Positions 50,355 through 59,586 of a DNA stretch of 64,000 nt are shown piece by piece (within the stretch, counting starts at the first letter, position 1; the number at the start of each line of letters is the position of its first letter). The notes under the pieces are model-generated. The model saw only the letters and a program-made list of their open reading frames with translations, was not told the origin of the DNA and did no database searches. Origin of the DNA: Mycobacteriales bacterium (GTDB taxonomy: Bacteria > Actinomycetota > Actinomycetes > BP-191); assembly GCA_035536235.1 (NCBI GenBank), contig DATLOQ010000045.1, positions 40,882 through 104,881 on the forward strand. The letters are read 5' to 3'. The translations under genes were made by a program, and so were the position numbers.

Positions 50355-50864
50355 TTACTTGACCACGTAGGTCGCGTCGCCCGTCGCGGTGTCACCGGCA
50401 GCGCCGGGCCCGGAGCCGGAGAGCACGCCGCCGGGGGCGGAGTAGATCGCGAAGGCGGTGATCTTGGTGCCCAGCTTGAACGCACCCTTGGTCGGCACCG
50501 AGAACGTCAAGGTGTTGCCGTTGATCTTGACGCCGGAGGGGGCTGAGGAGTTGTCGCCGCGGCAGCCGCCGGACACCTCGTCGTTGGCGCCGAAGTAGTT
50601 GACCCGCCAGTCGCAGCTGCCCGCCATGAAGTTGATCTGGTAGGCGTAGGGAATGGGGGTGGCCGGGCTCGCCGGGCCGGCCAGCTCGAGGGCGATGACC
50701 AGCGTCTTCTTCTTCACGGTGCTGAGCGTGAGGGACACGATGTCGGCGCCAGCCACCGGGTAGTCGCCCTTGGGGTCGGTGACCTGCGGCGTCGGCGCTG
50801 CACTGGCGTGGGAGGCGAACAGGGCTCCGGAGAGTAGTACGGCGGTGAGGGCGACGCGGCGCAT
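50355..50864 (-). CDS. Secreted protein, paralog B
   Basis: Signal peptide; DPKGDYPVAGADIVS; same Cys pattern as paralog A. Start coordinate may be off by 1 nt. Confidence 0.5.
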   Translation of the reverse strand: MRRVALTAVLLSGALFASHASAAPTPQVTDPKGDYPVAGADIVSLTLSTVKKKTLVIALELAGPASPATPIPYAYQINFMAGSCDWRVNYFGANDEVSGGCRGDNSSAPSGVKINGNTLTFSVPTKGAFKLGTKITAFAIYSAPGGVLSGSGPGAAGDTATGDATYVVK

Positions 50865-51031
50865 GGCAATGTCCTTCGGGGGTTGGGGGTGCTGCGGGGG
50901 TCTTGCGGTGGTAACGACGACCTTCGTCTCCGGTGACGGCACTCCTGCCCCCCGCAAGGAAGAGTGCCGCGCATCAGTAGGCTCTCCGTTCGTGGCCGAA
51001 GGCGATCCGCTCGTCCCGCTGATGCACCTGC

Positions 51032-51747
51032 CGGACGTGGCGGAGCGGGTGCTCGCGGCGCGCGGCGGGGTCGACCGACTGCTCGGGGAGCGGGTGCTGC
51101 GCCGCCGCAGTGCAGAAGTGTCCGCGGAAGCGGGGCTGCGATCGGTGCGGGCCAGCGCCGCGCTCGAAGGAGTGGTCGTCAGCCTCGACGACCTGCGTCG
51201 CGGAGCAGACATTGACGCCCCGGCCGTCCAAGGCGCGCTCCGCGTCGGTCAGGAGATGAGCTCGCTAGGTCCCGTGCTCGACCGGGCCCCCATGCAGGCG
51301 TTGGCCCGGCTGCACGCGCTCGCCGCAGCGGACGCGGTACCCCGCTCCGAGCTCGGCCGGCCCCGAGAGCTCGGCCTGCCGCCTGCGCACGTGGTAGCTC
51401 GCCGACTAGCCACGCTCAGCGAGATCCTGGCAGCACCCACGTCGGTGTCGGCGGTAGTGGTCGCCGCCGTCGTGCATGGTGAAGTTCTTGCGCTGCAGCC
51501 CTTCTCCTGGGGCAATGGCCTGGTTGCGCGCGCTGCCGCCCGGATCGTGCTGGTGCATCGCGGAGTCGACCCCAAGGCGCTCACCGCGCCGGACGTCGGT
51601 CATGCCGTTGACCCCACGGCGTACGCCGATGCGGCCGCGCGCTTCGCTGCGGGAGACGTGCGTCCGTGGCTGCTCCACTGCGCCGACGCCTTGCTCGCCG
51701 GAGCGCAGGAAGGACAGGCGATCTGCTCGGCCCTGGAGCGCGGCTAG
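51032..51747 (+). CDS. Hypothetical protein
   Basis: Helical 238-aa ORF; the upstream part of the long ORF is antisense to paralog B. Confidence 0.4.
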
Positions 51748-51751
51748 CGGT

Positions 51752-52606
51752 TCAGCGCTGGTCGCGAATCACTGCCGGCACTTCGTCGAGGAGCTCGCGG
51801 GCGAGGAAGGTCAGCCCACCGATGCGCTCGGCGAGACGGTCGCCGGCGGTGGCATGCAGGTGCTGACCCCACACTCCGGCTTGGGCGGGCGTCGCTCCTC
51901 TGGCGAGCAGCCCGGCGACGAGTCCGGCAAGCACGTCGCCCGAGCCTGAGGTGCCCAGCCCGGGGTTGCCGGCCGCGTTGTGCCAGCGCGAACCGTCCGG
52001 TGCGACCACCCAGCCGCGGATCACGACGACAGCGCCGTAGCGCTCCGCGACCGCAGCCGCCGTGGTCTCATCCTCGACGGCGTCTTCGGTGTCGAGCAGG
52101 GCGGCCAGCTCACCTGAGTTCGGCGTCAGCACGGCAGCTGCCCCGAGGAGGTCACGGGAGCGCCCCAGCGCTGCCAGGCCGGCCAGTGCCCCTGCGTCGA
52201 CCACCACCGGCGCGCCCTTGCGAAAGCGGAGCGCGCGGTCGATCAGCTCAGGCGCGCTGCCCCTCGACAGTCCGGGGCCCAGCACGAGCGCATCGGCAGT
52301 GGCTAGCCGGGTGTCCACCGCAGCGAGCGCCGCAGGGTCTATGCCCCCGTCGCTGTCGGCGGCAAGGCCGACAACGAGCGCCTCCGGCACGGTCACCCCG
52401 AGGGCCGCAGAGGTGGGCTCGACGGTGACGATCTGCAGGCGTCCAGCACCGGCGCGCAGCGCAGCGAGACCGGCGAGAAGGACGGCACCAGGAGTCTCCG
52501 TCGTACCACCGAGGACGACCACCGTGCCCCGGTCATGCTTGTCGCCGTCGCCGCCGGGCGCGGGGAGGGCCCACTGCCGCAGCAGATCAGCGGTGACCTG
52601 GACCAT
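51752..52606 (-). CDS. nnrD: NAD(P)H-hydrate dehydratase (YjeF C-terminal carbohydrate-kinase-like domain)
   Basis: DKHDRGTVVVLGG...GSGDVLAGLV. Confidence 0.75.
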   Translation of the reverse strand: MVQVTADLLRQWALPAPGGDGDKHDRGTVVVLGGTTETPGAVLLAGLAALRAGAGRLQIVTVEPTSAALGVTVPEALVVGLAADSDGGIDPAALAAVDTRLATADALVLGPGLSRGSAPELIDRALRFRKGAPVVVDAGALAGLAALGRSRDLLGAAAVLTPNSGELAALLDTEDAVEDETTAAAVAERYGAVVVIRGWVVAPDGSRWHNAAGNPGLGTSGSGDVLAGLVAGLLARGATPAQAGVWGQHLHATAGDRLAERIGGLTFLARELLDEVPAVIRDQR

Positions 52607-53364
52607 CAGTGCGGGCCTGCCGGCACGTCGGGCTGCGTCGTCACCGGCGCGTGCTCCTCAAGCAGCGGCGCGGTCTCGTTGTAGGTGAGCAGTCGCATCC
52701 CGCCGCGCGGACCCAGGCCCTCGTCGAAGGCATATGTCGTCACCGAGCAGTTGGCGACCTCGGCGGCTCCGTCGATGGTCAGGACCTGCTCCTCGGTCAT
52801 CGACTCGATCACGTAGCGGAAGAGCAGCACGACGACCTGGTGCGCGATGACCACCACCTGCTCGCCGTCGCAGTTGCGGCGCATGTCGTCGAGAACCGAG
52901 CGGACGCGCAGCGCGACGTCGGACCACGACTCACCACCGGGGGGCCGGTGATAGAACTTGCCCAGCCTCGTGCGCCGCTGCGACTCCTCGGGGAAGATCG
53001 TCGTGATGCCGCGTCGGGTGAGCCCGTCGAGGATGCCGAACTCACGCTCGCGCAGCCGCTCGTCGAGCACCGTCGAGACTGTCAGCCGCCCTTCTTCGGC
53101 CATGATCTGCGCAGTTTGCTGGGCCCGCAGGTAGGGCGACACGTAGAGCGCGTGGGGTTGGTCGGCGCCGGGTTGGTGCGACCACCAGACACCGAGAGCC
53201 CGAGCCTGCTGGCGGCCCAGCTCGGACAGCGGCACGTCCATGTCCCGGTCCGCGATGTCGATGCGCTCGAGGCTGTTGGCCTCGGCATGGTCGCGGGCGA
53301 CGTTGCCGGCGCTCTCGCCGTGCCGGATGACGCTCAGTCGTGCGGGCCAGCTGCTGGTGGGCAC
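52606..53364 (-). CDS. Histidine phosphatase family protein (phosphoglycerate mutase-like)
   Basis: RHGES catalytic motif. Confidence 0.8.
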   Translation of the reverse strand: MPTSSWPARLSVIRHGESAGNVARDHAEANSLERIDIADRDMDVPLSELGRQQARALGVWWSHQPGADQPHALYVSPYLRAQQTAQIMAEEGRLTVSTVLDERLREREFGILDGLTRRGITTIFPEESQRRTRLGKFYHRPPGGESWSDVALRVRSVLDDMRRNCDGEQVVVIAHQVVVLLFRYVIESMTEEQVLTIDGAAEVANCSVTTYAFDEGLGPRGGMRLLTYNETAPLLEEHAPVTTQPDVPAGPH

Positions 53365-53408
53365 GGGGTCATCCTGCCCGACAACGCGGCCGTCGAACGC
53401 CGTACAGC

Positions 53409-53445
53409 AAACGGCGCTTCAGCGGGCCAGCCGCTGAAGCGCCGT
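53409..53445. terminator. Perfect 16-bp hairpin between two minus-strand genes
   Basis: aacggcgcttcagcgg-gccag-ccgctgaagcgccgtt. Confidence 0.5.
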
Positions 53446-53707
53446 TACCTCACGAGTACCGCGGTTACCAAGCGTGCTCCTGATCGTCGAAGCGGTTGGG
53501 CGCTTGCGCGTCTCCTCACCTCGACGTGCCTCCCGCGGCTGGTCGCACGTGGGTGCTCATCAGTACTCGTGAAACGAGCGTGAGGAGGGGGGACTCGCCC
53601 ACCGCGCCGGCGGCTCGCACTGCCAGTTGTACGCCGGTGCAGCGCCGTTGTGAACCCCTCCGATGGGACTACTTTTCGCCGGGCGCCGGCCACGGGCTGT
53701 CATCGCC

Positions 53708-54571
53708 TCAGCAGCGGGTTGCCCGGCGTCGGGCGGCCAGCATCCGCCACCCGAGAGCGACCGCGCCGACGCCAACTGCGGCCCCGGCGAGAACCGGGAC
53801 GGGAGGGCGCGTGAAGGTCGGCACTCTGGACCGCAGCCCTACCGGGCGGGTGAAGTCGCGCACCTCCCACCCGCGCTGGACCGCAACGCGACGCAGCGCC
53901 TTGTCGGGGTTGACGACGACCGGGTGCCCGACGGCGTCGAGCATGGGGAGATCGGTGATCGAGTCGCTGTAGGCCCAGCAGTCGGCGAGGAACCAGCCCT
54001 GCTCAGCCGCGAGGGCTTCGATTGCCTCCGCCTTGTGCACGCCGTAGGCGTAGAAGGCGATGTCGCCGGTGTAGCGCCCGTCTTCGATCACCATGCGCGT
54101 GGCGATCGCGTGGTCCGCTCCGACCATCTCGGCGATGGGTGTCACCACCTCCTCCCCCGAGGACGAGACGATGACCACCGCCCGCCCGGCAGCCTGATGG
54201 CCTTCGATGAGGGAGACCGCTTCGTCGTAGACCAGCGGGTCGATGAGGTCGTGGAGGGCCTCCTCGACGATGGAGCGCACCTGGTCGACCGGCCAGCCGG
54301 CGCACAGCCCCTTGAGGTAGTCGCGCATCCGAGCCATCTGGTCGGCGTCGGCACCCGCGATGAGGTAGACGAACTGCGCGTAGCTGCTCCGAAGCACAGC
54401 GCGCCGGTTGACGAGCCCGCCCTGGTAGAAGGTCCGGCCGAAGGCGAGCGTGCTGGACTTCGCGATGACCGTTTTGTCCAGGTCGAAGAACGCCGCGCCG
54501 CCCATGAGCCAAAGATAGTTCTCCGAGGAGGTTTGGCCGGGGAGGAGGTGGGCATCCTCAGCAGTGAGCAC
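53708..54571 (-). CDS. HAD-IB family hydrolase
   Basis: AAFFDLDKTV motif I, SSSGEEVV motif, C-terminal hydrophobic tail. Confidence 0.75.
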   Translation of the reverse strand: MLTAEDAHLLPGQTSSENYLWLMGGAAFFDLDKTVIAKSSTLAFGRTFYQGGLVNRRAVLRSSYAQFVYLIAGADADQMARMRDYLKGLCAGWPVDQVRSIVEEALHDLIDPLVYDEAVSLIEGHQAAGRAVVIVSSSGEEVVTPIAEMVGADHAIATRMVIEDGRYTGDIAFYAYGVHKAEAIEALAAEQGWFLADCWAYSDSITDLPMLDAVGHPVVVNPDKALRRVAVQRGWEVRDFTRPVGLRSRVPTFTRPPVPVLAGAAVGVGAVALGWRMLAARRRATRC

Positions 54572-54935
54572 GTCACACAGTCAGCGCGGGGGGGTGTACA
54601 AGATGCGCAGAGTCGTCGCTGGAGACCTGGACCAGGTGTCCGAGACCCGCGTCGTCGAGCACCGCTCCGTTGCTGAGACCATCGCCTCTGTCATCACCGT
54701 CCTCTACGCCGCGGTGATCGCGCTCATCGGCATCGACGTGCTGCTCGAAGCCCTCGATGCCCGCGAGGAGAACGGTTTTGTCAGCGCCATCGACGGGCTG
54801 AGCGGCGCCTTCACCAAGCCTTTCGACGGCGTCTTCGCCGATCAGCGTTACTGGGCCACGGCGCTTATCGCCGCCGTCGTCTACACCGTGATATATCTCA
54901 TCGCCATGGCGGCCTTACGACGCGACCCCGCCTAG
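54564..54935 (+). CDS. Small membrane protein (unknown function)
   Basis: Two predicted TM helices; start ambiguous (54564 or 54603). Confidence 0.35.
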   Translation: MSTSHSQRGGVYKMRRVVAGDLDQVSETRVVEHRSVAETIASVITVLYAAVIALIGIDVLLEALDAREENGFVSAIDGLSGAFTKPFDGVFADQRYWATALIAAVVYTVIYLIAMAALRRDPA

Positions 54936-54944
54936 CGCCCCCCA

Positions 54945-55060
54945 CGTTCTGACGCCATCCCCCCCCGGCGTCAGGCGCGTCTGGCTCACCCCCCGGAGCC
55001 AGACACCGGACGACCCCCGCCACCCCCCCCGGCGGGGGTCGTCCCATGTCCGGGGTCAGG
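54945..55060 (+). ncRNA. 6C small RNA (actinobacterial; B11-like)
   Basis: Three consecutive hairpins, each with a poly-C loop: ctgacgcc[atcccccccc]ggcgtcag; tctggctc[accccccg]gagccaga; ggacgacccccgcc[acccccccc]ggcgggggtcgtcc. Lies immediately upstream of the cpaE-like gene. Confidence 0.65.
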
Positions 55061-55290
55061 TGGGATCCTGCGCTGGCCCGTGCAGGACCTCGGCCCTCCC
55101 TCCCGCACGCCGCCCTGGTGATCAACGGTCCGTTGTTGCTCTCCAGTGCAGAAGTCCCCACCAGAGATGTCGCGGGTCGCCACTTCGGTGCGCATCCGCC
55201 GTCCACAGATCGGCGCCCGGGCGGTCACCGCCCGACCCGACGGTCCCAGGCTGAGCTTCTCCTCTCTCGCCTACTGCCCTTGGGGGCCCG

Positions 55291-56358
55291 ATGACTCGCC
55301 CGCTGCTCGTCACCGCTGATGAGGCCCGTTTGGACGACCTGCTGCGGCTCTGCGCCGCGGCGGGCGTCGAGCCGCAGGTGGCTCGCGACGTCGCCGCCGC
55401 GCGTCGCGCCTGGTCGGGCGCCACCGTCGTGCTGCTCTGCGACGACCTCGCCGCGTCACTCGCTCTTCCGGGTCTTCCCCGACGCCCCGGCGTCGTCCTC
55501 GTCGGCGCCGACCTCGACGACGCATCGGTGTGGCGCCGCGCCGTCGAGCTCGGTGCCGAGCACGTCGTCTTCCTGCCCGACGCGGACAGCTGGCTGGTGG
55601 ACCGGCTGGCCGGGGCCGGGGAGGCGGACCGTCTCGGCGTGGTGGTCGGGGTGATGGGCGGCCGGGGCGGGGCCGGCGCGACCACCTTGTCCGTCGCGCT
55701 CGCCGTCGCCTCCCAGCGACTGGGGCATCGGACGACCTTGTGCGACGTGGATCCACTCGGGGGCGGAGTCGATCTCGTGCTGGGGAGTGAGAGCGCACCA
55801 GGAGCCCGCTGGCCGGACCTGACCGGTGACGTTCGAGTGCCCGGGGGAGTGCTGTCGCTCGCTCCGTCCATCGACGACGTGGCGATGGTCAGCTGGGACC
55901 GCGGCGACGTCCTAGACCTGCCGCCGGGGGTGTGCGCCTCCGTGCTCAGCAGTGCGCGCCGATCGAGTGATGTGGTCGTCGTAGACCTGCCCCGCTCGGC
56001 TCCCTGGTGCGCGGTCGAGGGCTTGACCGCACTGGACACGCTGCTCCTCGTGGTTCCGCTAGAGGTGCGGGCCGTGGCCTCGACCGCACGAGTCGCCTCT
56101 GCTGTCGCGCCGTACGTCGACGACCTCCGGTTGGTGGTTCGCAGGCGGTCGGTGCCCGGTCTCGACCCGACCTTCGTGGGGGCCACTCTGGGGCTTCCGG
56201 TGGCCGGCGTGTTCAAGCCCGAGCGCTCCGTGGTCTCCGACCTCGACCGCGGGCTGCCGCCGGCAGGGGGCCGCGGCCACCTGGCCCGGCTGGCGACGCG
56301 TCTGGTGCGGGATTTCGTCGGGTCACCGGCGCGCGGAGCGGCCGGCGCGGCGGCGTGA
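55291..56358 (+). CDS. CpaE/TadZ-like Tad-locus ATPase-fold protein (septum-site-determining-like)
   Basis: N-terminal receiver-like region; GGRGGAGATTLSVALA deviant Walker A. Confidence 0.75.
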   Translation: MTRPLLVTADEARLDDLLRLCAAAGVEPQVARDVAAARRAWSGATVVLLCDDLAASLALPGLPRRPGVVLVGADLDDASVWRRAVELGAEHVVFLPDADSWLVDRLAGAGEADRLGVVVGVMGGRGGAGATTLSVALAVASQRLGHRTTLCDVDPLGGGVDLVLGSESAPGARWPDLTGDVRVPGGVLSLAPSIDDVAMVSWDRGDVLDLPPGVCASVLSSARRSSDVVVVDLPRSAPWCAVEGLTALDTLLLVVPLEVRAVASTARVASAVAPYVDDLRLVVRRRSVPGLDPTFVGATLGLPVAGVFKPERSVVSDLDRGLPPAGGRGHLARLATRLVRDFVGSPARGAAGAAA

Positions 56359-57506
56359 GCGAGACGGAGCTGCTGGACCGGGTGCGACGTCGGCTCGCGG
56401 CGCAGAGCGTCGAGCCGACGCCGGCGCGGATCGCTGCCGCGGTCCGGGCCGAAGGCGGGAGCCTGCCGCCCGCCGACGGGCTGAGCCTCCTGCAGCGCTT
56501 GCAGGACGACCTGCTCGGTGCGGGACCGTTGGCGCCGCTGCTGCGCGACACGGCGGTCACCGACGTCCTCGTCAACGCGGCCGACGAGGTGTGGGTGGAC
56601 CGCGGTCGCGGGCTCGAGCAGGCGGACATCTGCTTCGCCGATGACGACGACGTACGCCGGCTCGTCGCCCGTCTCCTCGTGCCCACCGGGCGACGTCTTG
56701 ACGACGCCCAGCCGTGGGTCGATGCGCGGCTGCCTGACGGCACGCGGCTGCACGCGATCCTCACGCCGATCGCCAGCCGCGGCACCTGCCTCTCGCTGCG
56801 CACTCTGGGCCGCCAGCACTTCACGTTGGCAGACCTCGCTGCGGCTGGGTCGGCCTCGCCCATCGTGGTCGAGGTGCTGGAGGCCGTCGTGCGAGCTCGG
56901 CTGTCGGTGCTGATCAGTGGCGGCACCGGGACGGGCAAGACCACGCTTCTGTCCTGCCTGCTCGGCCTCGTTGATGCGGGGGAGCGCATCGTCGTCGTCG
57001 AGGACTCGGCTGAGCTGCGGCCCACCTGCCGGCATGTCGTGCGGCTCGAGGCGCGCCCGCCCAACGTCGACGGTGCGGGCGAGGTGACTCTGCGCGATCT
57101 GGTGCGTCAGGCGATGCGGATGCGCCCCGACCGCCTCGTCGTGGGGGAGGTGCGCGGCGCCGAGGTGGCCGAGATGCTGGCGGCGCTCAACACAGGACAC
57201 GAGGGCGGCCTGTCGACCGTGCACGCCAACACCAGCCGCGACGTGCCGGCCCGGCTCGAGGCGCTGGGCAGCACGGCCGGGATGACGCGCGACGCCCTGC
57301 ACGCGCAGGCGGCGGCCGCACTCGACGTCATCGTGCACCTGCGGCGAGCGCGCGACGGACTGCGGACCGTCGCTGAGATCGGTGTAGTGACCCGAGGTGC
57401 GGACGGCCTGGTGGTGGTGCGCGGTGCGGTGGACCGGGACGGGCCAGCCGCCGGCTGGCCGGACCTCGTGGAGCTGCTCGGTGCCCGCGACGTCCACCTG
57501 CCGTGA
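56355..57506 (+). CDS. tadA: Tad pilus assembly ATPase TadA/CpaF
   Basis: Walker A GGTGTGKTT and secretion-ATPase His box. Confidence 0.85.
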   Translation: MSETELLDRVRRRLAAQSVEPTPARIAAAVRAEGGSLPPADGLSLLQRLQDDLLGAGPLAPLLRDTAVTDVLVNAADEVWVDRGRGLEQADICFADDDDVRRLVARLLVPTGRRLDDAQPWVDARLPDGTRLHAILTPIASRGTCLSLRTLGRQHFTLADLAAAGSASPIVVEVLEAVVRARLSVLISGGTGTGKTTLLSCLLGLVDAGERIVVVEDSAELRPTCRHVVRLEARPPNVDGAGEVTLRDLVRQAMRMRPDRLVVGEVRGAEVAEMLAALNTGHEGGLSTVHANTSRDVPARLEALGSTAGMTRDALHAQAAAALDVIVHLRRARDGLRTVAEIGVVTRGADGLVVVRGAVDRDGPAAGWPDLVELLGARDVHLP

Positions 57507-58291
57507 CGTCCGCGGAGCTGCTCCCTCCGGTCGCTGCTGGTGTGGCGGTCTGGCTGCTGGTCGCACCGGCCGCCACCTCCTCGCGCCAGTCAGGTCAACC
57601 GCTTGCTCTGCCCGCAGTGGACGCGCCGGTCGTGCTCGCCCTGGCCGGTGCCGGGGCCGGCCTCATCGTCTTTGGCGGGGTGCTGGGCGCCGGTCTCGGG
57701 GCCGCCCTGGGTGCGGGGGTGGGGCGGGCTGTGCAGCATCGGCGCACACATCAAGCGGAGGCCGCCGTACGAGGCGCACTGCCCGATGTGCTTCGCCTGC
57801 TGGCCGCCGAGCTGCAGGCGGGTGTGGCACCCGACGTCGCGCTGGGGTCGTGCAGTGCCGGTGCACCGCGCGCCCTCGCGATGCACCTGGGGTCGGTGAG
57901 CGCTGGCGCCCGACTGGGTTTGGACCCGGCCGTGACGCTGGCTCCAGGTCCGCCCGGCGCTGAGGGCCTGCGCGCTCTGGCCGCGTGTTGGCGGGTCAGT
58001 CAGTCCACCGGGTCCTCTCTCGGCATCGGTGTCGCCCGGCTGGCCAGCGGGCTGGCTGCCGAAGAACGCTGCCGGGCCGAGGTCGACGCCCAGCTCGCCG
58101 GTCCGCGCGCTTCGGCTGCGGTGCTGGCCACGCTGCCGCTCCTCGCGGTGACGATGTCGGTCGGCCTGGGCGCCTCGCCCCTCACGTTCTTCCGCACCCC
58201 GGTCGGCACTGCGTGTCTGGCCGTCGGAGCCGCACTCGACGTAGCCGGACTCCGCTGGACGCGACGTCTCGCCGCGGCGGCCACCCGGTGA
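57503..58291 (+). CDS. tadB: Tad pilus membrane protein TadB (T2SS F family)
   Basis: Multi-TM T2SSF-like protein; GTGA overlap with tadA. Confidence 0.7.
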   Translation: MTSAELLPPVAAGVAVWLLVAPAATSSRQSGQPLALPAVDAPVVLALAGAGAGLIVFGGVLGAGLGAALGAGVGRAVQHRRTHQAEAAVRGALPDVLRLLAAELQAGVAPDVALGSCSAGAPRALAMHLGSVSAGARLGLDPAVTLAPGPPGAEGLRALAACWRVSQSTGSSLGIGVARLASGLAAEERCRAEVDAQLAGPRASAAVLATLPLLAVTMSVGLGASPLTFFRTPVGTACLAVGAALDVAGLRWTRRLAAAATR

Positions 58292-59019
58292 TCTCCCTGG
58301 CCGCTGTGCTCAGTGCCGCGGCGGTTGCCTTGGCACTGTCGGATGCCCGCGGCCGGACGGCTCGGGCGATGATCCATGCCCTGCCGCGCGCGCCCGAGCT
58401 CACCAGCGCTTCGCGGGTCGGCCCCGCGATGTGCGGGCTGGCCGGGGCCGCGGTCGCTCAGCACCTCGGCGGGTGGACTGGGGTCGTGGTCGGTGCGGGA
58501 GCCGGCGCAGGGGCGTGGGCAGCGGTACGGGCCGCACCGAGGCGTGCCCGGCTGGCAGCTGACCGTCGACTCTTGCAAGCCATCCCGCTGGGCTGCGACC
58601 TGCTCGCTGCCTGCGTCAGCGCCGGGGCGTCCCCGCAGGCCGCGACCCGGGCGGTGGCGGAGGCAGTGCCAGGTCCGTTGGCAGACGTGCTGCACGGGGT
58701 CGCGAGGTCGCTGGCTCTCGGCGGGTCCGCGACGCAGGCGTGGGCGCCGTACGCCGATGGCCCGGCAGCGCTGCGCACTCTGGCTGTGGTGCTGTGCCGG
58801 GCATCGCTCTCCGGCGCTTCGCCGGCCCCCATGCTCGATGCGCTCGCCGTGGACCAGCGAGAGCGGCAGCGTCTCGCGGGCGAGGCAGCGGCGCGGCGAG
58901 CCGGCGTCGCGATGGTGGCGCCCCTGGGGTTGTGCTTCCTGCCTGCGTTCGTGCTGCTCGGCGTCGTCCCTCTTGTCGCTGGGCTTCTCGGCGGCGGGCT
59001 GGACCTGCTCGCTGGCTGA
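58288..59019 (+). CDS. tadC: Tad pilus membrane protein TadC
   Basis: Multi-TM T2SSF-like protein; GTGA overlap with tadB. Confidence 0.65.
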   Translation: MISLAAVLSAAAVALALSDARGRTARAMIHALPRAPELTSASRVGPAMCGLAGAAVAQHLGGWTGVVVGAGAGAGAWAAVRAAPRRARLAADRRLLQAIPLGCDLLAACVSAGASPQAATRAVAEAVPGPLADVLHGVARSLALGGSATQAWAPYADGPAALRTLAVVLCRASLSGASPAPMLDALAVDQRERQRLAGEAAARRAGVAMVAPLGLCFLPAFVLLGVVPLVAGLLGGGLDLLAG

Positions 59020-59161
59020 GCCCAGTGCGGCCGACCTTTCCACAGATGTGCCGTTGGGTCGCCACCAGAATCCGCCGGTCATCGACCGTGGTGCAGCGAC
59101 GGCACCCGCTGTCGCTGCCGGCTCGCAACGACCCGGCAGGGCTCGAAATACCGGAGGCACC

Positions 59162-59341
59162 ATGGGCAGGATCACGGCGATGCGGAGCAGCAGGGACGCG
59201 GGGATGGCGACGGCGGAGTACGCCGTCGGAACAGTCGCGGCGTGTGGGTTCGGCGGCGTGCTCTACAAGCTGCTGACCAACGAGTCGATCCTCGAGCTGC
59301 TGACGAACGTCGTCAGCAAAGCGCTGCGGTTCGGGCTGTAG
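59162..59341 (+). CDS. flp: Flp/Fap-type pilin (DUF4244-like)
   Basis: MGRITAMRSSRDAGMATAEYAVGTVAACGFGGVLYKLL: Flp prepilin motif G/ATAEYA followed by a hydrophobic helix. Confidence 0.65.
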   Translation: MGRITAMRSSRDAGMATAEYAVGTVAACGFGGVLYKLLTNESILELLTNVVSKALRFGL

Positions 59342-59358
59342 CGCGGCGGCTATCGCGA

Positions 59359-59404
59359 GGTTGGAGCGCGGGCGCTTCATAGAGAACACGCCCGCGCTCC
59401 AACC
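59359..59404 (+). terminator. Perfect 16-bp stem-loop downstream of the flp pilin gene
   Basis: ggttggagcgcgggcg-(14 nt)-cgcccgcgctccaacc. Confidence 0.55.
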
Positions 59405-59586
59405 GGCTGGCCTGCGCCGACAATTCGAAAGGATCGCCGGGTCGCGTGGCTGCTCCGAGCTCAATCCGTCTGACGATTGCGGTCTGGTCCTGACTGACGT
59501 GCGGGGCCTCCACGCGGCTGTGGCCGGACGAGCCTCGACCCACTCGACTCGGTGGCAGCGCGAACGAGTTGGCGAGGGCTAGTCGA

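Noticed and set aside
59361-59582. 73-aa ORF as a candidate TadE-like pseudopilin after flp
   Set aside because: No N-terminal hydrophobic TadE/TadF-type segment; its composition looks like non-coding or antisense sequence.
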